From Candidatus Peribacteria bacterium (lineage in GTDB: Bacteria; Patescibacteriota; Gracilibacteria; UBA1369; 2-02-FULL-48-14), in contig CALQZQ010000004.1 of assembly GCA_943349825.1 (NCBI GenBank), forward strand, positions 51,866 to 115,865: a DNA stretch of 64,000 bases, given 5' to 3'. The notes under the pieces were generated by a model. The model worked only from the letters and a program-made list of their open reading frames with translations. It was not told where the DNA came from and made no database searches. A program made the translations under genes and the position numbers. Positions 9,147 to 18,145 of this stretch are shown one piece after another (position 1 is the first letter of the stretch; every line of letters begins with the position of its first letter).

Positions 9147-9524
9147 CTAATTTTTAGGCACGTAATTTACTCCTTCTATTCCCTCGAAATCACGGTCCAT
9201 GGTGTAAACAGTGGCTCCGGTGGCATAGGCAGTGGCGAGAATGATGCTGTCGGCCATAGGAAGCTGGAGGTCTTTGCTGAGTGTTGCGGCCCAAATAGAG
9301 AGGTACTCATTGAGTTCAACAACTCGCCCTTTCTTCATCTGATTGGTGGCTTCGATGGCTCGGGTTTCGTCGGCGACTACAAGGAACCTTTTGTAGACTT
9401 CAAAGAGGGTGATGCTTGGCACAATGAGGTCGTCAGTATTATGAATGAAAGGCCGGAAATGCGCCCGCTGAGGGCCTCCTATGAAATATTCGATCCAAGC
9501 TGAGCTGTCTACAATATTGTTCAT
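9147..9524 (-). CDS. vapC: PIN-domain (VapC) toxin
   Basis: IVDSSAWIEY, ITLFEV, LPMADSIILATA, YTMDRDF. Confidence 0.9.
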   Translation of the reverse strand: MNNIVDSSAWIEYFIGGPQRAHFRPFIHNTDDLIVPSITLFEVYKRFLVVADETRAIEATNQMKKGRVVELNEYLSIWAATLSKDLQLPMADSIILATAYATGATVYTMDRDFEGIEGVNYVPKN

Positions 9525-9727
9525 ACTTCTCGGTCGGGTTCACGTTCAAACTGTAGGTTCAGACCTTTGTACCTTCCTTCAAAGTTCTCTATAGGTTCAT
9601 CGGGGACTAACTCGATACGGCCTTGATTGGCCCACACCTGAAATTTAGCACCTGCTTTTAGGTTCAACTGTTCACGGACCACTTTTGGGATCACAATTTG
9701 GAATTTTGGGGATAGAGTGATAGTCAT
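9521..9727 (-). CDS. AbrB/MazE/SpoVT-family antitoxin
   Basis: TLSPKFQIVIPKVVREQLNL; ATGA overlap with vapC. Confidence 0.88.
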   Translation of the reverse strand: MTITLSPKFQIVIPKVVREQLNLKAGAKFQVWANQGRIELVPDEPIENFEGRYKGLNLQFEREPDREV

Positions 9728-9815
9728 ACGTTTTTGTGATCGATAAGGAAACGGTAAAATTATACCTGTTCTGGTTTTTGAATGCAAGGGTTTTTGAGTA
9801 AGTCAGAACGCTTGC

Positions 9816-9844
9816 TTGACATTTTTTAGAAATGGCCTTATATT
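9816..9844 (+). promoter_or_regulatory. sigma70-type promoter
   Basis: TTGACA-17nt-TATATT upstream of ORF 9869. Confidence 0.6.
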
Positions 9845-9868
9845 GCTGTAATACTAATCCTACGGTAT

Positions 9869-10762
9869 ATGACAGCTCACCCTACTTCTGCTCCTGCTCA
9901 TGACGATCACGCTCCTACGGCTGTTCCTGCTGCTCCTCAGGCAGCGCCTTCTTCTGCACCTACTGTAGTGGAAGCTTCACATGCTCCTCAGGGCGTGGAG
10001 GCCATGACGCCCGCAGTGAAGGCGGCTTGTCTCAGTACTTTACGAGGAAAAGTGGAAGCAGCTCAGGCTTTGGATGGAGCGGCTAATCTTACCGACCGTC
10101 ATCACGTTTCTACGGCGGCTAGTTTGCTGACTCCGGGAATTTTGGATGCGGGGGTTTCTGCGAGCATGGGGGCTTACGCTACCTGGAAGGCTTTGAGTTC
10201 CGGAGCTCGTTTGAGCACGGTGGCAAAAACCGCTTTGGCAGGTGCTGCTCATACGGTGGCTTCCTTTATTCCTGTGGGAAGTACGATTTATAAGGCGACT
10301 ATGAAGCCGATCAGCTCTAGTGCCCAGCGTTTGTGGACGGAAGCTGAAAATTATGGGACTGAGATTGTGGCCAATGGCGTGGATCACGCTGCCGTGCAAG
10401 GTGTTTTGACTGCCGGACGACAGGCTTCAGAAACGAAATCAACAAAAGTGAGTGGAGCGGTTACGAAGGCCGTTACTGGAGTGGTGGGGACGGAAATGGG
10501 TCGTGACTTCTTGGCAGCGGGGCTTGAACACGTGGCAGACCGTACTAACTTGCCTCGTCATCGCCATGTGCGCACGGGGGCCAGATTGGCCGCGGATGGT
10601 TTGAATGAAGTGAATCGCAGAACTCGCGCTGCGCATGCCGCGGCACATGCGCACGGTGGAGTCCATTTGCCTCCTCTCCCAGCAGGTTGGAACTACGTTC
10701 CTTATCCCGCAGGTGGAGCACCAGCACCTCATCCGGCCCCTGCACCAGCGCCGCACCCTTAG
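9869..10762 (+). CDS. hypothetical Ala/Pro/His-rich protein
   Basis: 297-aa ORF with its own promoter; low-complexity termini. Confidence 0.7.
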   Translation: MTAHPTSAPAHDDHAPTAVPAAPQAAPSSAPTVVEASHAPQGVEAMTPAVKAACLSTLRGKVEAAQALDGAANLTDRHHVSTAASLLTPGILDAGVSASMGAYATWKALSSGARLSTVAKTALAGAAHTVASFIPVGSTIYKATMKPISSSAQRLWTEAENYGTEIVANGVDHAAVQGVLTAGRQASETKSTKVSGAVTKAVTGVVGTEMGRDFLAAGLEHVADRTNLPRHRHVRTGARLAADGLNEVNRRTRAAHAAAHAHGGVHLPPLPAGWNYVPYPAGGAPAPHPAPAPAPHP

Positions 10763-11388
10763 TGCGAACCGCACCCGCAGGCATCGCCGGATTTCTTTTC
10801 TCCAGTGGAGCAGCCACAGGAGCCTCCGCCGTTGCCCCCACAGCCACAGCCGCCGGCTTTCTTTACGAAGTTGGGATTGGTGATTTTGAAGCCGCTGCCG
10901 TAGGCCGTTTCCAGGAAGTCGACTTCGGCGCCGAGTAAGTTGGCGAAGGATTCTTTGTCCATGTAGATGGAGACCCCGTGGAATTCGGCGGTTTTATCCC
11001 CCTTGGCGGCTTTGTCCAAGAAGTCCATGCCGTACGTGGGTTCTTTGCCCCCATTGTCTTTCGCGGTGATTTTGAGGCCCCAGCCTTCTTTATCTTCGGC
11101 TTTGGCGAATTCGCGGATTTTTTCGGCGGCGGCGGAGGTCAGGTAAATGCCGTCGTCTGGAGCTTTGCGGCGGGTTAAGGCCAGGTCGTTGATGCGAGCG
11201 ATCATGTCGTCCACCACTTCTTCAGTGAGGCCGTGAGACATGGCACCCATCTTCAAAGGTTCAAACACATTCACGCTGCAAGAGGTGCAGTGCAGGCCGA
11301 AATCCTTCATGATTTCATCGGAACCCGGAACGAGTTGCATCACTTCGCCTACGAGCATGTCTCCGGTAACGAGGGGTTTCTTGGTCAT
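10759..11388 (-). CDS. DUF1858 + HesB/IscA-type Fe-S assembly accessory protein with Cys-rich tail
   Basis: FGLHCTSC..GAMSHG; LTSAAAEKI, LLGAEVDF, GFKITNPN..GCGCG. Confidence 0.85.
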   Translation of the reverse strand: MTKKPLVTGDMLVGEVMQLVPGSDEIMKDFGLHCTSCSVNVFEPLKMGAMSHGLTEEVVDDMIARINDLALTRRKAPDDGIYLTSAAAEKIREFAKAEDKEGWGLKITAKDNGGKEPTYGMDFLDKAAKGDKTAEFHGVSIYMDKESFANLLGAEVDFLETAYGSGFKITNPNFVKKAGGCGCGGNGGGSCGCSTGEKKSGDACGCGSH

Positions 11389-11390
11389 GA

Positions 11391-11762
11391 TTATTTTAAG
11401 AGTTGGGTATCAATGTACACCATTGCGAGGGCGAGCAGAAGCCCGAAGAAGCCGAACATGGGAAGGCGATCTTCTTTAGCCCAACGTACTTTCCACGCGA
11501 CGAGGGAAGGGGAAAGGTGGCTGAGGCCTTTGAGGGCGATGAGAGCTCCGAGCCAAGAGAGCACGCTGTCCCAGCTCCAAGCGAATTTTACTGTGCTGGT
11601 GCTGAAAATGAGTAAAGCCAGCATCATGGGGCCGACGGCACTCAGGAATTGCAAACCTGAGGAATTGCCCCACTCTTTTAAGGTTTTTGCCATGCTCGAG
11701 GGATTCAGGACCATTTTTAAACAGATCGGAAGAACGAAGAGAGCGAGTAGGGTGAGAGACAT
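11391..11762 (-). CDS. small membrane protein (~4 TM)
   Basis: Hydrophobic 123-aa ORF directly upstream of the IscA-like gene. Confidence 0.75.
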   Translation of the reverse strand: MSLTLLALFVLPICLKMVLNPSSMAKTLKEWGNSSGLQFLSAVGPMMLALLIFSTSTVKFAWSWDSVLSWLGALIALKGLSHLSPSLVAWKVRWAKEDRLPMFGFFGLLLALAMVYIDTQLLK

Positions 11763-11819
11763 AGGCGTGGAGTTAAAAAGCGTAGCTTTGTTTTACTCCA
11801 AAACCGAGAAAATCACAAT

Positions 11820-12087
11820 AACGTGAATCTTGAAACCCTCATTCGCTCTAAGGGACCTACACACTTCTGAAGCGGGAGCGAAGGCACTCGGATGCATGAT
11901 CCTCGTACCTTCTTCCTTAAGGTTTGTGCTTCAAAAGTGTGTAGGTCCCAAACCGAAAGAGAGTTTGAAATCCCATAATAGAAAAAAGTTGGTGTATCTT
12001 TTGGGAAGCATCAATCATGAACTTTCTCAGAGCGCTCCATGCTGAGCGGAAGATACACCAACTTCTATTGGTTTCAAGATTCACGTT
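11820..12087. other. 268-nt structured element (candidate ncRNA or MITE)
   Basis: Perfect 18-bp terminal IR 11820-11837/12070-12087 enclosing a 21/22-bp IR (11852-11873/11928-11949) and a 15-bp IR (11986-12000/12050-12064). Confidence 0.75.
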
Positions 12088-12088
12088 T

Positions 12089-12391
12089 CTAGTCTTCGTC
12101 GGCGCCTTCTTTAACGCTTTCTTCCATCTCATCGATGCTTTCGGTGAGTTCTTCCATTTGAGTTTCGATAGCGCCTTGCATTTCTTCCCAACTTTCGTCG
12201 TCGGCCTGTTCCATTTCGTCCAGGCTCATTTTGCAATCTTCCGCTTCGCGGCGAACATTGTTGAGATCTTCCGTGATGGCATCGTTCTCGTCGTTTTCCA
12301 TGCTGCTGATTTTTTCTTCGAGTTCATCGATGCGTTCATCCAAAGCTTCGAGTTCTTCGCGGAGCTTATCCATGATGTCAGAGCGGTCCAT
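12089..12391 (-). CDS. highly acidic coiled-coil protein
   Basis: 100 aa, D/E-rich heptads, ESWEEMQGAIE. Confidence 0.75.
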   Translation of the reverse strand: MDRSDIMDKLREELEALDERIDELEEKISSMENDENDAITEDLNNVRREAEDCKMSLDEMEQADDESWEEMQGAIETQMEELTESIDEMEESVKEGADED

Positions 12392-12402
12392 GAGTGAAAG
12401 GG

Positions 12403-13629
12403 TTAACTTTTAAGCGGTTTCGAACGGAAATATATCACAAAGATTCCTGCTGCCAAGAGAATTAATCCGGCGGCGGTCCATGTGGGGAGATTTTGATCGA
12501 TGTTCACCAGGAAACCTGCGAGCAGTGGAGGCACGGCTTGCCCCAGAGCGCGGAGCGATTGCGTTATGCCCATGGCTTCGCCTTGTTCGTTGGGGCTGCA
12601 GAGATTAGAAAGCACCGCGGTTTCGTTGGGGAAGCAAAGCCCTTCGGCAATGGCCATGAAGGGTTGAATGAGGAAGAGCCCGGCTATGCCGCTGGGAAGG
12701 GTGATGGCAAAGAGTGTGAGGCTGAGGGCCACGAGGGCGTAGGGCAGGATTTTGGCAGGTGCGAAATGGCGAGAGACGATGCGAGTGACAAAGCCTTGAG
12801 CGAAGGCGATCCAGATTCCGATGTAAGCGAAAATAGTGCCGATTTGCGCTTCTGGGCTGTGGAATTTATCCACGAGAAAAACGGGAAAGAATTGAGTGAA
12901 GAAACAGAATCCAATCGAATGGAGAAAAATCACCAAGAAAATGGTGCGGAGTTTGTGGCGGCTCCAGGCTTTGCGCAGGTGCGTGAAGCCAATGAAAGGA
13001 TGTACGGCCCTAGTGGTTTTTTCTTGGAGCGTTTCATCAAACCAGAAAGAGATGAAGAACAGGTTGAAGAGGGAGAGTGCCGCGGCGAAGCAAAAAGGAA
13101 TGGTGGGGTTGAACCAAGAAACGAGAGAGGAATCGGAGAAGATTCCGCCTAAGAAGGGCCCAATGATGAAGCCAAAGCCAAAGGCCATGCCGATGAGGCC
13201 AAAGTTTTTGGCGCGGTTTTGAGGGGTGCTCGTGTCGGCGATGGCGGAACTGGCCACGGCGATGTTTCCGCCGGTGAATCCGTCTAGCGCGCGGCTGACA
13301 TAAAGCAGCCAGAGTTGCTGCGTGAGCAGACCGTAGGCAAAGAGTAGGTAGCCGAGCATGGTTCCGAAGAGGGAGGCCTGGAGTAGGGGTTTGCGTCCGT
13401 AGCGGTCGGAGAGGGTGCCGAGTACCGGGGCTCCAAAGAATTGAGCGATGGGGTAGGCGGCGATCAAGAGTCCGAGGGCGATGTTGCGTGTTTGTTCGCT
13501 CCAGGCGGCGGGTGCGATGAGGCTGGCCGGATCTTTCATCAGCGGGGCGAGTACGGGAATCAAAATGCCCACACCGATCAGGTCTAGGAGGATAATGAGG
13601 AAGAGAATGAGGAGCTTGTGTTTTTTCAT
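12403..13629 (-). CDS. MFS transporter, TetA/DHA1-like
   Basis: LDLIGVGILIPVL, GTLSDRYGRKP, SRALDGFTGGN, GFGFIIGPFLGG. Confidence 0.92.
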   Translation of the reverse strand: MKKHKLLILFLIILLDLIGVGILIPVLAPLMKDPASLIAPAAWSEQTRNIALGLLIAAYPIAQFFGAPVLGTLSDRYGRKPLLQASLFGTMLGYLLFAYGLLTQQLWLLYVSRALDGFTGGNIAVASSAIADTSTPQNRAKNFGLIGMAFGFGFIIGPFLGGIFSDSSLVSWFNPTIPFCFAAALSLFNLFFISFWFDETLQEKTTRAVHPFIGFTHLRKAWSRHKLRTIFLVIFLHSIGFCFFTQFFPVFLVDKFHSPEAQIGTIFAYIGIWIAFAQGFVTRIVSRHFAPAKILPYALVALSLTLFAITLPSGIAGLFLIQPFMAIAEGLCFPNETAVLSNLCSPNEQGEAMGITQSLRALGQAVPPLLAGFLVNIDQNLPTWTAAGLILLAAGIFVIYFRSKPLKS

Positions 13630-13650
13630 CTGGGGCAGTATACGGGCCTT

Positions 13651-13814
13651 AGAGGGTATTTAAAAAGTCATTTCCTATTACAATGTTAGAATTTTGGCTC
13701 CAACTGCGTCACTCCTCCTCGACGTATCTCTACCGATACGTTTTCGTCGTCGGTCCTTGTTTCGCTCAAAATGCTAAACCTTTCATTACGAAAATGACTT
13801 TTTAAATACCCTCT
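13651..13814. mobile_element. 164-bp palindromic MITE/RPE-like element
   Basis: Perfect 23-bp TIR AGAGGGTATTTAAAAAGTCATTT; inner ACGTATC-tctacc-GATACGT hairpin. Confidence 0.7.
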
Positions 13815-13816
13815 TG

Positions 13817-14461
13817 ATGCCCAGACAAAAGCTGAAACATTTTGCGGAAATGAAGGAGTGGACTCACGTTTTTGAGCCCACGCTGAATCGCGCGGAGCGT
13901 TTGGAAACGGCCGGCACTTGGGGGCCGCGCGTGATTGTGGAATTGGCCTGCGGCGGTGGAAATTACACGGTGGCTCTTGCGGAACGCTTCCCGGACAGCA
14001 CGGTGATTGGAGTGGACATTAAGGGGTCGCGCATGTGGCACGGGGCGCGGCTGGCTTTGGAACGCGGATTTTCGAGCGTGCGCTTTTTGCGCATTTTGAT
14101 CGAGGACTTGGCTCAGTATTTTGCGCCTGCGGAAGTGGATGAAATTTGGATCACCTTTCCGGATCCGCATCCCACTTTGGGAAATGCCAAGAGGCGCCTC
14201 ACGTCCCCCCGTTTTTTGGAAATTTATAAAAAGATTTTGAAGCCCGGCGGCCGCGTTCATTTAAAAACCGACAATGAAGCCTTGTTCGATTATTCCGTGG
14301 AGAGTTTTCGCGAGGCGGGTTTTGAGGAGTTGCGCGTGCTGCGCGATGTGTACGCGGAGGGTTTTGTAGATCCACTGCTCCAAGAAGTACAGACTGCGTA
14401 TGAGCAGAAGTACCTCAAGGAGGGGAGGAAGATCAGGTATGGGGAATTTAGAGTCGCTTAG
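13817..14461 (+). CDS. trmB: tRNA (guanine-N7)-methyltransferase
   Basis: VELACGGG, IWITFPDP, KRRLTSPRFL, HLKTDN, TAYEQKY. Confidence 0.92.
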   Translation: MPRQKLKHFAEMKEWTHVFEPTLNRAERLETAGTWGPRVIVELACGGGNYTVALAERFPDSTVIGVDIKGSRMWHGARLALERGFSSVRFLRILIEDLAQYFAPAEVDEIWITFPDPHPTLGNAKRRLTSPRFLEIYKKILKPGGRVHLKTDNEALFDYSVESFREAGFEELRVLRDVYAEGFVDPLLQEVQTAYEQKYLKEGRKIRYGEFRVA

Positions 14462-15381
14462 GCAGCGAGTTTTTCTTCTACTGCCCTTGCCACTAAAGTG
14501 GCCATGAATTCCACCCGGACTGGATCCACTTTTGCTGTGCGGGAATCGAAGGTACTGCCCACGGCGCTGCACAAAGAATCTTTGCGGAAGTCGGGAGCGA
14601 TTACTCTTCCAGGTTTGCCGCGCATGTCTCTGTAGTCAGGGTAGCCGTGTTCTGTGTCATAAGGATCGTTGAACGCCCAAGGCATTCCATTCGCATCGAA
14701 CAGTCTTCCTAAGATTGTGTACAAGTCCATGTCTGCCAGTCTCACTCCGTTTTCTTTTCCGGTGATGAAATCGTGCTGACGAGGATTTCTGCGATCTAAG
14801 CCCCAGCCTTGTGCTGCCACGTATTCTGGCAGACTTTCGCGACTCAATTTGGGTCTTAAGCCCTTTTTGGGTCCGGATATGTCCATGCTGTGCAGGTGGA
14901 GGATGGGGATCTTTCCCAGAGCTGCCACAATTTTGCGGTAGGCTAGCAATTGTTCACCGTGGATTTCACGCAGAGGTGCGTTTACAACTTCAAATGCTTC
15001 GGGAGTCCAAATAGCAGGAGTGACGCCTTCTTGCCCTTCGTTCAGGTTAAGGTTCAGGAGTCCACGATTGATTTGGCCGTTTATAAGTAGACCACCGGGT
15101 ACTTTGTCTAAAATGGATCGGCTGAGAGGGTCGATTCCTTTGTCGCGCTCGGATTCGAGGTATTCTCGTAACAAACTTTCATCTAAGCCCAGTTGGGCGA
15201 GGATTTCATCGGGAATTTCAGCGATTCCCATTGGATCGTTTCCCGTGTCGTGGTGATCGTGAAAACTGGTAAGGACGTAGCGGATGTCCGCCAAGGTCTT
15301 TTTTCCGACGTTTCCAAGAGAGTGAGCTACGCTCAGTTTTCGGTCGCGTACAGCCGGTAATTGATGGAGAGAATCGAGCAT
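14458..15381 (-). CDS. hypothetical protein (orphan)
   Basis: 307-aa ORF with TTGACA upstream; no family recognised. Confidence 0.7.
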   Translation of the reverse strand: MLDSLHQLPAVRDRKLSVAHSLGNVGKKTLADIRYVLTSFHDHHDTGNDPMGIAEIPDEILAQLGLDESLLREYLESERDKGIDPLSRSILDKVPGGLLINGQINRGLLNLNLNEGQEGVTPAIWTPEAFEVVNAPLREIHGEQLLAYRKIVAALGKIPILHLHSMDISGPKKGLRPKLSRESLPEYVAAQGWGLDRRNPRQHDFITGKENGVRLADMDLYTILGRLFDANGMPWAFNDPYDTEHGYPDYRDMRGKPGRVIAPDFRKDSLCSAVGSTFDSRTAKVDPVRVEFMATLVARAVEEKLAA

Positions 15382-15476
15382 GGATCTGGTTAAAGAAGCT
15401 TATCTTGACATCAATCTGTAGTATTGTCAATATTTTTGGGTGAAGTTTTCCAAGGGTCTTTTGTTATACTCAGTTT

Positions 15477-16574
15477 ATGGAAGAAAAAAGCTTCAATCCT
15501 CCCCTGGAACTCGCTCGGCGTTTGATTGAATTTGAAACGACGGAGGCTCGTTTGGATGAGCGGGAGGCGATTATTGAATACTGTCGTGGTTTGATGAATC
15601 CCCGTGCACGGGTGGCGGTGAAGCGTTTTAAGAAAAATCCTTTGCTGCTCGCTTCCTTGAAGGGGACGGGTCCGCGGATTTGTTTTTATGCGCATTTGGA
15701 TGTGGTGGGAGGTGCGAAGAAAGAGTTTCGCCCCAAGGTGAAAAATGGGCGCTTGTATGGGCGTGGAAGTGGAGACATGAAGGGACCAGCCGCTGTGATG
15801 ATTGAACTTTTTAATGAAATGGCTGCTTGGGAACAGGTTCCTAATGTGGATTTGCTGCTCACTACGGACGAAGAGAACGGGGGAATGAATGGGGCGGGTG
15901 CGCTGCTGGCAAAAAAGTATCGCTGTGACGTGGTGGTGATTCCGGACAATGGCATGGGGCTCAAAGAAATTGTTTTGGCGCAAAAAGGGGTTTTGGAATT
16001 GCGCCTGTGGAGAAAAGGGAAACTGGCGCATGGATCCAGGCCAAAAGACGGAGTCAACGCGATAGAGCTTTTATGGAAAGATTATGAAAAAATAAGAAAA
16101 ATCTTCAAAGCGGATAGGAAGAAGGGATGGGCGACCACTTTCAATCTGGGTCAAATGCACGGGGGCTTTTATAACAATCAAGTGCCCAGCGAAGCCGAGA
16201 TGTATTTGGACATTCGTTACACCGAAGAGAGACAACGGAAAAGAATTTTGAAGCACATTTCAAGCATCACCAACAACGTGGATGTGCTCTTGGATTTTCC
16301 GCCTTTCACTCAAGACTCAGACAATGTTTTCGTGCAGCAGTTCAAAAAATCTTTGGAATTGCACGTGGGCGGGAAGCCGGAATTTTATCGAGAATCGGGG
16401 GCTTCGGATGCACGGTTCTTTTCTGAACATGGCATCCCCGCTATTGTCACCGGGGTTCACAAAAAGAACATTCATGCGGAGAACGAATGGGTGAGTGTGC
16501 ACGAGTTGGAAGTTTTCTATAAGGTCTTGAAGGATTTCGTGGGGAGCTTGCTTCAGCCTGGATTTGGTGTATAG
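15477..16574 (+). CDS. M20/DapE-ArgE family metallopeptidase
   Basis: AHLDVV, GRGSGDMKG, TTDEENGG, AHGSRP, GASDARF, IHAENE. Confidence 0.9.
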   Translation: MEEKSFNPPLELARRLIEFETTEARLDEREAIIEYCRGLMNPRARVAVKRFKKNPLLLASLKGTGPRICFYAHLDVVGGAKKEFRPKVKNGRLYGRGSGDMKGPAAVMIELFNEMAAWEQVPNVDLLLTTDEENGGMNGAGALLAKKYRCDVVVIPDNGMGLKEIVLAQKGVLELRLWRKGKLAHGSRPKDGVNAIELLWKDYEKIRKIFKADRKKGWATTFNLGQMHGGFYNNQVPSEAEMYLDIRYTEERQRKRILKHISSITNNVDVLLDFPPFTQDSDNVFVQQFKKSLELHVGGKPEFYRESGASDARFFSEHGIPAIVTGVHKKNIHAENEWVSVHELEVFYKVLKDFVGSLLQPGFGV

Positions 16575-16588
16575 TTACGGGGACATTT

Positions 16589-18145
16589 ATGAAGGATTTA
16601 CAGGTTAAAAACGACGAGCCTCCCCCTACAAACACAGGGGTCGATCCTAGTGTTTTGAACCCCATCTGGGAGTCTATTTGGGCGCTGCGCCCTGTACTGA
16701 AGGAGATCATGGAGAAGAAAGGTGGCAAAAGTCTTTTTGAGTACGCTTTGGACTTTTATGATGTGAACCCTTGTCCGGGTTTGGATGATCGTAAAGAAGA
16801 GCTGATTGAGGTAGCGCAGCAGATTTTGGAGGAACGTTTGGGGAAGCAAGTGGCCGAGGAAGTGGCGCAGCAACTCCGCCGTTTGCCCTTGGTGGCTACT
16901 TCTGACCATCACGGTCCGGTGGTGAGCACGTTTTTTGTGAATTCCAACATCATGATGGGACTTCATCATGGGTTTACGGGGAAAGACTATCAATACTTAG
17001 TGGCGTTTTCGTTTGCCACGGTTTCCTTGAACAATGTTTCTTATCCGCGCGGGGTGCTTTTTTATGGAAATGAAGACAGTTCCGACAGTTTGATTCGACT
17101 TTCGCTGATGACGGATAAGGAGAAAATGGGCGCGGTTTACCACATGCGTGCCTACACCGTGGAAGATGTCAATCGAGCTAAACAGGTGCTTCGGGATCGG
17201 GTGAAGGCTGGACAAGTTTCTAAGGAGAAGGCGGAGCGCGTGGAGGCTATCTTGGACCGCTATTTTGGTTCGGAAGCGGTGCTGAGCTCCCGCAATTTCT
17301 GTGAACAGGCCACCCGTATCAATTATGAACTCTGGCCTGCCTTGTTCCCGGCGAGCGATAAAAAAGTGCCGGATTTGATCTATTTGGACATCGAGACCTT
17401 GATCACCCGTTTACTTCTGGAGCTGCACTTTAAAAGGCCGGACTCCTTGGTGTATAGAATGCTTTTTGATCCAAAGTTCCAGGAAGCGATTTTGCGTCAT
17501 TTCGAAGGGATTCCTGGAGGTTTTTCTGTGGAGAAGGATTGGGGCACTTATCTGTTCTGGGGCCTGGATGAGAAGAATCACCGCTCTCGTTTGGCGCTCA
17601 AAGATGGGAAGTTGACTTCAGCGACTGGAGAGTGGGCTTTTGACTTCACTTCGGAGGGAATAAAACAAGCTTTGGAAGAGGAGCGTATTTTCCCCTCGAT
17701 GCTGCTTTGCTATCTGATTGTGGCTTTTTACTATGGTTTCAAGTGTTTGGGCGGTTTTTCTCAGGTTTCGGACCTCACTCATACCAAAGAAGCGTGGATG
17801 GCGATGTTGAAGGAGCTTGGGGAAGAGGCCGAGGCTGAAGCGGTGATCCCGGTGCAAACCAAGGAACTCAACGATGGCTTAACCTTGGCTTACCTTCGTA
17901 CCAATCAGTGGAATTTTATTCCGGCCAACGCCTTGGATCTGATTTTGCAGGGAGGCGTGAGTTTTGAAGATTTTGTGAGCTTGGCCAAGTCGCTCAGCTT
18001 CAAAGAAATGATGAATCCGCTGGTTCTGGAGATTTATAAAGTGCTTTACCCCGAGGATAAACGCGACCCGGCTTACATGGCTTTGACTACGGAAAAACTC
18101 ATGGAGCTGAGTGGGCTCAAGGCGAAGTTGAGCGAGCTTGCTTAG
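16589..18145 (+). CDS. hypothetical protein, possibly BshC-like Rossmann-fold ligase
   Basis: 518 aa; VATSDHHGP near the N-terminus and IFPSMLL..CLGGFSQV near the C-terminus; 14 bp after the M20 gene. Confidence 0.7.
   Translation: MKDLQVKNDEPPPTNTGVDPSVLNPIWESIWALRPVLKEIMEKKGGKSLFEYALDFYDVNPCPGLDDRKEELIEVAQQILEERLGKQVAEEVAQQLRRLPLVATSDHHGPVVSTFFVNSNIMMGLHHGFTGKDYQYLVAFSFATVSLNNVSYPRGVLFYGNEDSSDSLIRLSLMTDKEKMGAVYHMRAYTVEDVNRAKQVLRDRVKAGQVSKEKAERVEAILDRYFGSEAVLSSRNFCEQATRINYELWPALFPASDKKVPDLIYLDIETLITRLLLELHFKRPDSLVYRMLFDPKFQEAILRHFEGIPGGFSVEKDWGTYLFWGLDEKNHRSRLALKDGKLTSATGEWAFDFTSEGIKQALEEERIFPSMLLCYLIVAFYYGFKCLGGFSQVSDLTHTKEAWMAMLKELGEEAEAEAVIPVQTKELNDGLTLAYLRTNQWNFIPANALDLILQGGVSFEDFVSLAKSLSFKEMMNPLVLEIYKVLYPEDKRDPAYMALTTEKLMELSGLKAKLSELA

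Noticed and set aside
8970..9503. 177-aa + strand ORF
   Set aside because: Overlaps the NrdR boxes and is antisense to vapC.
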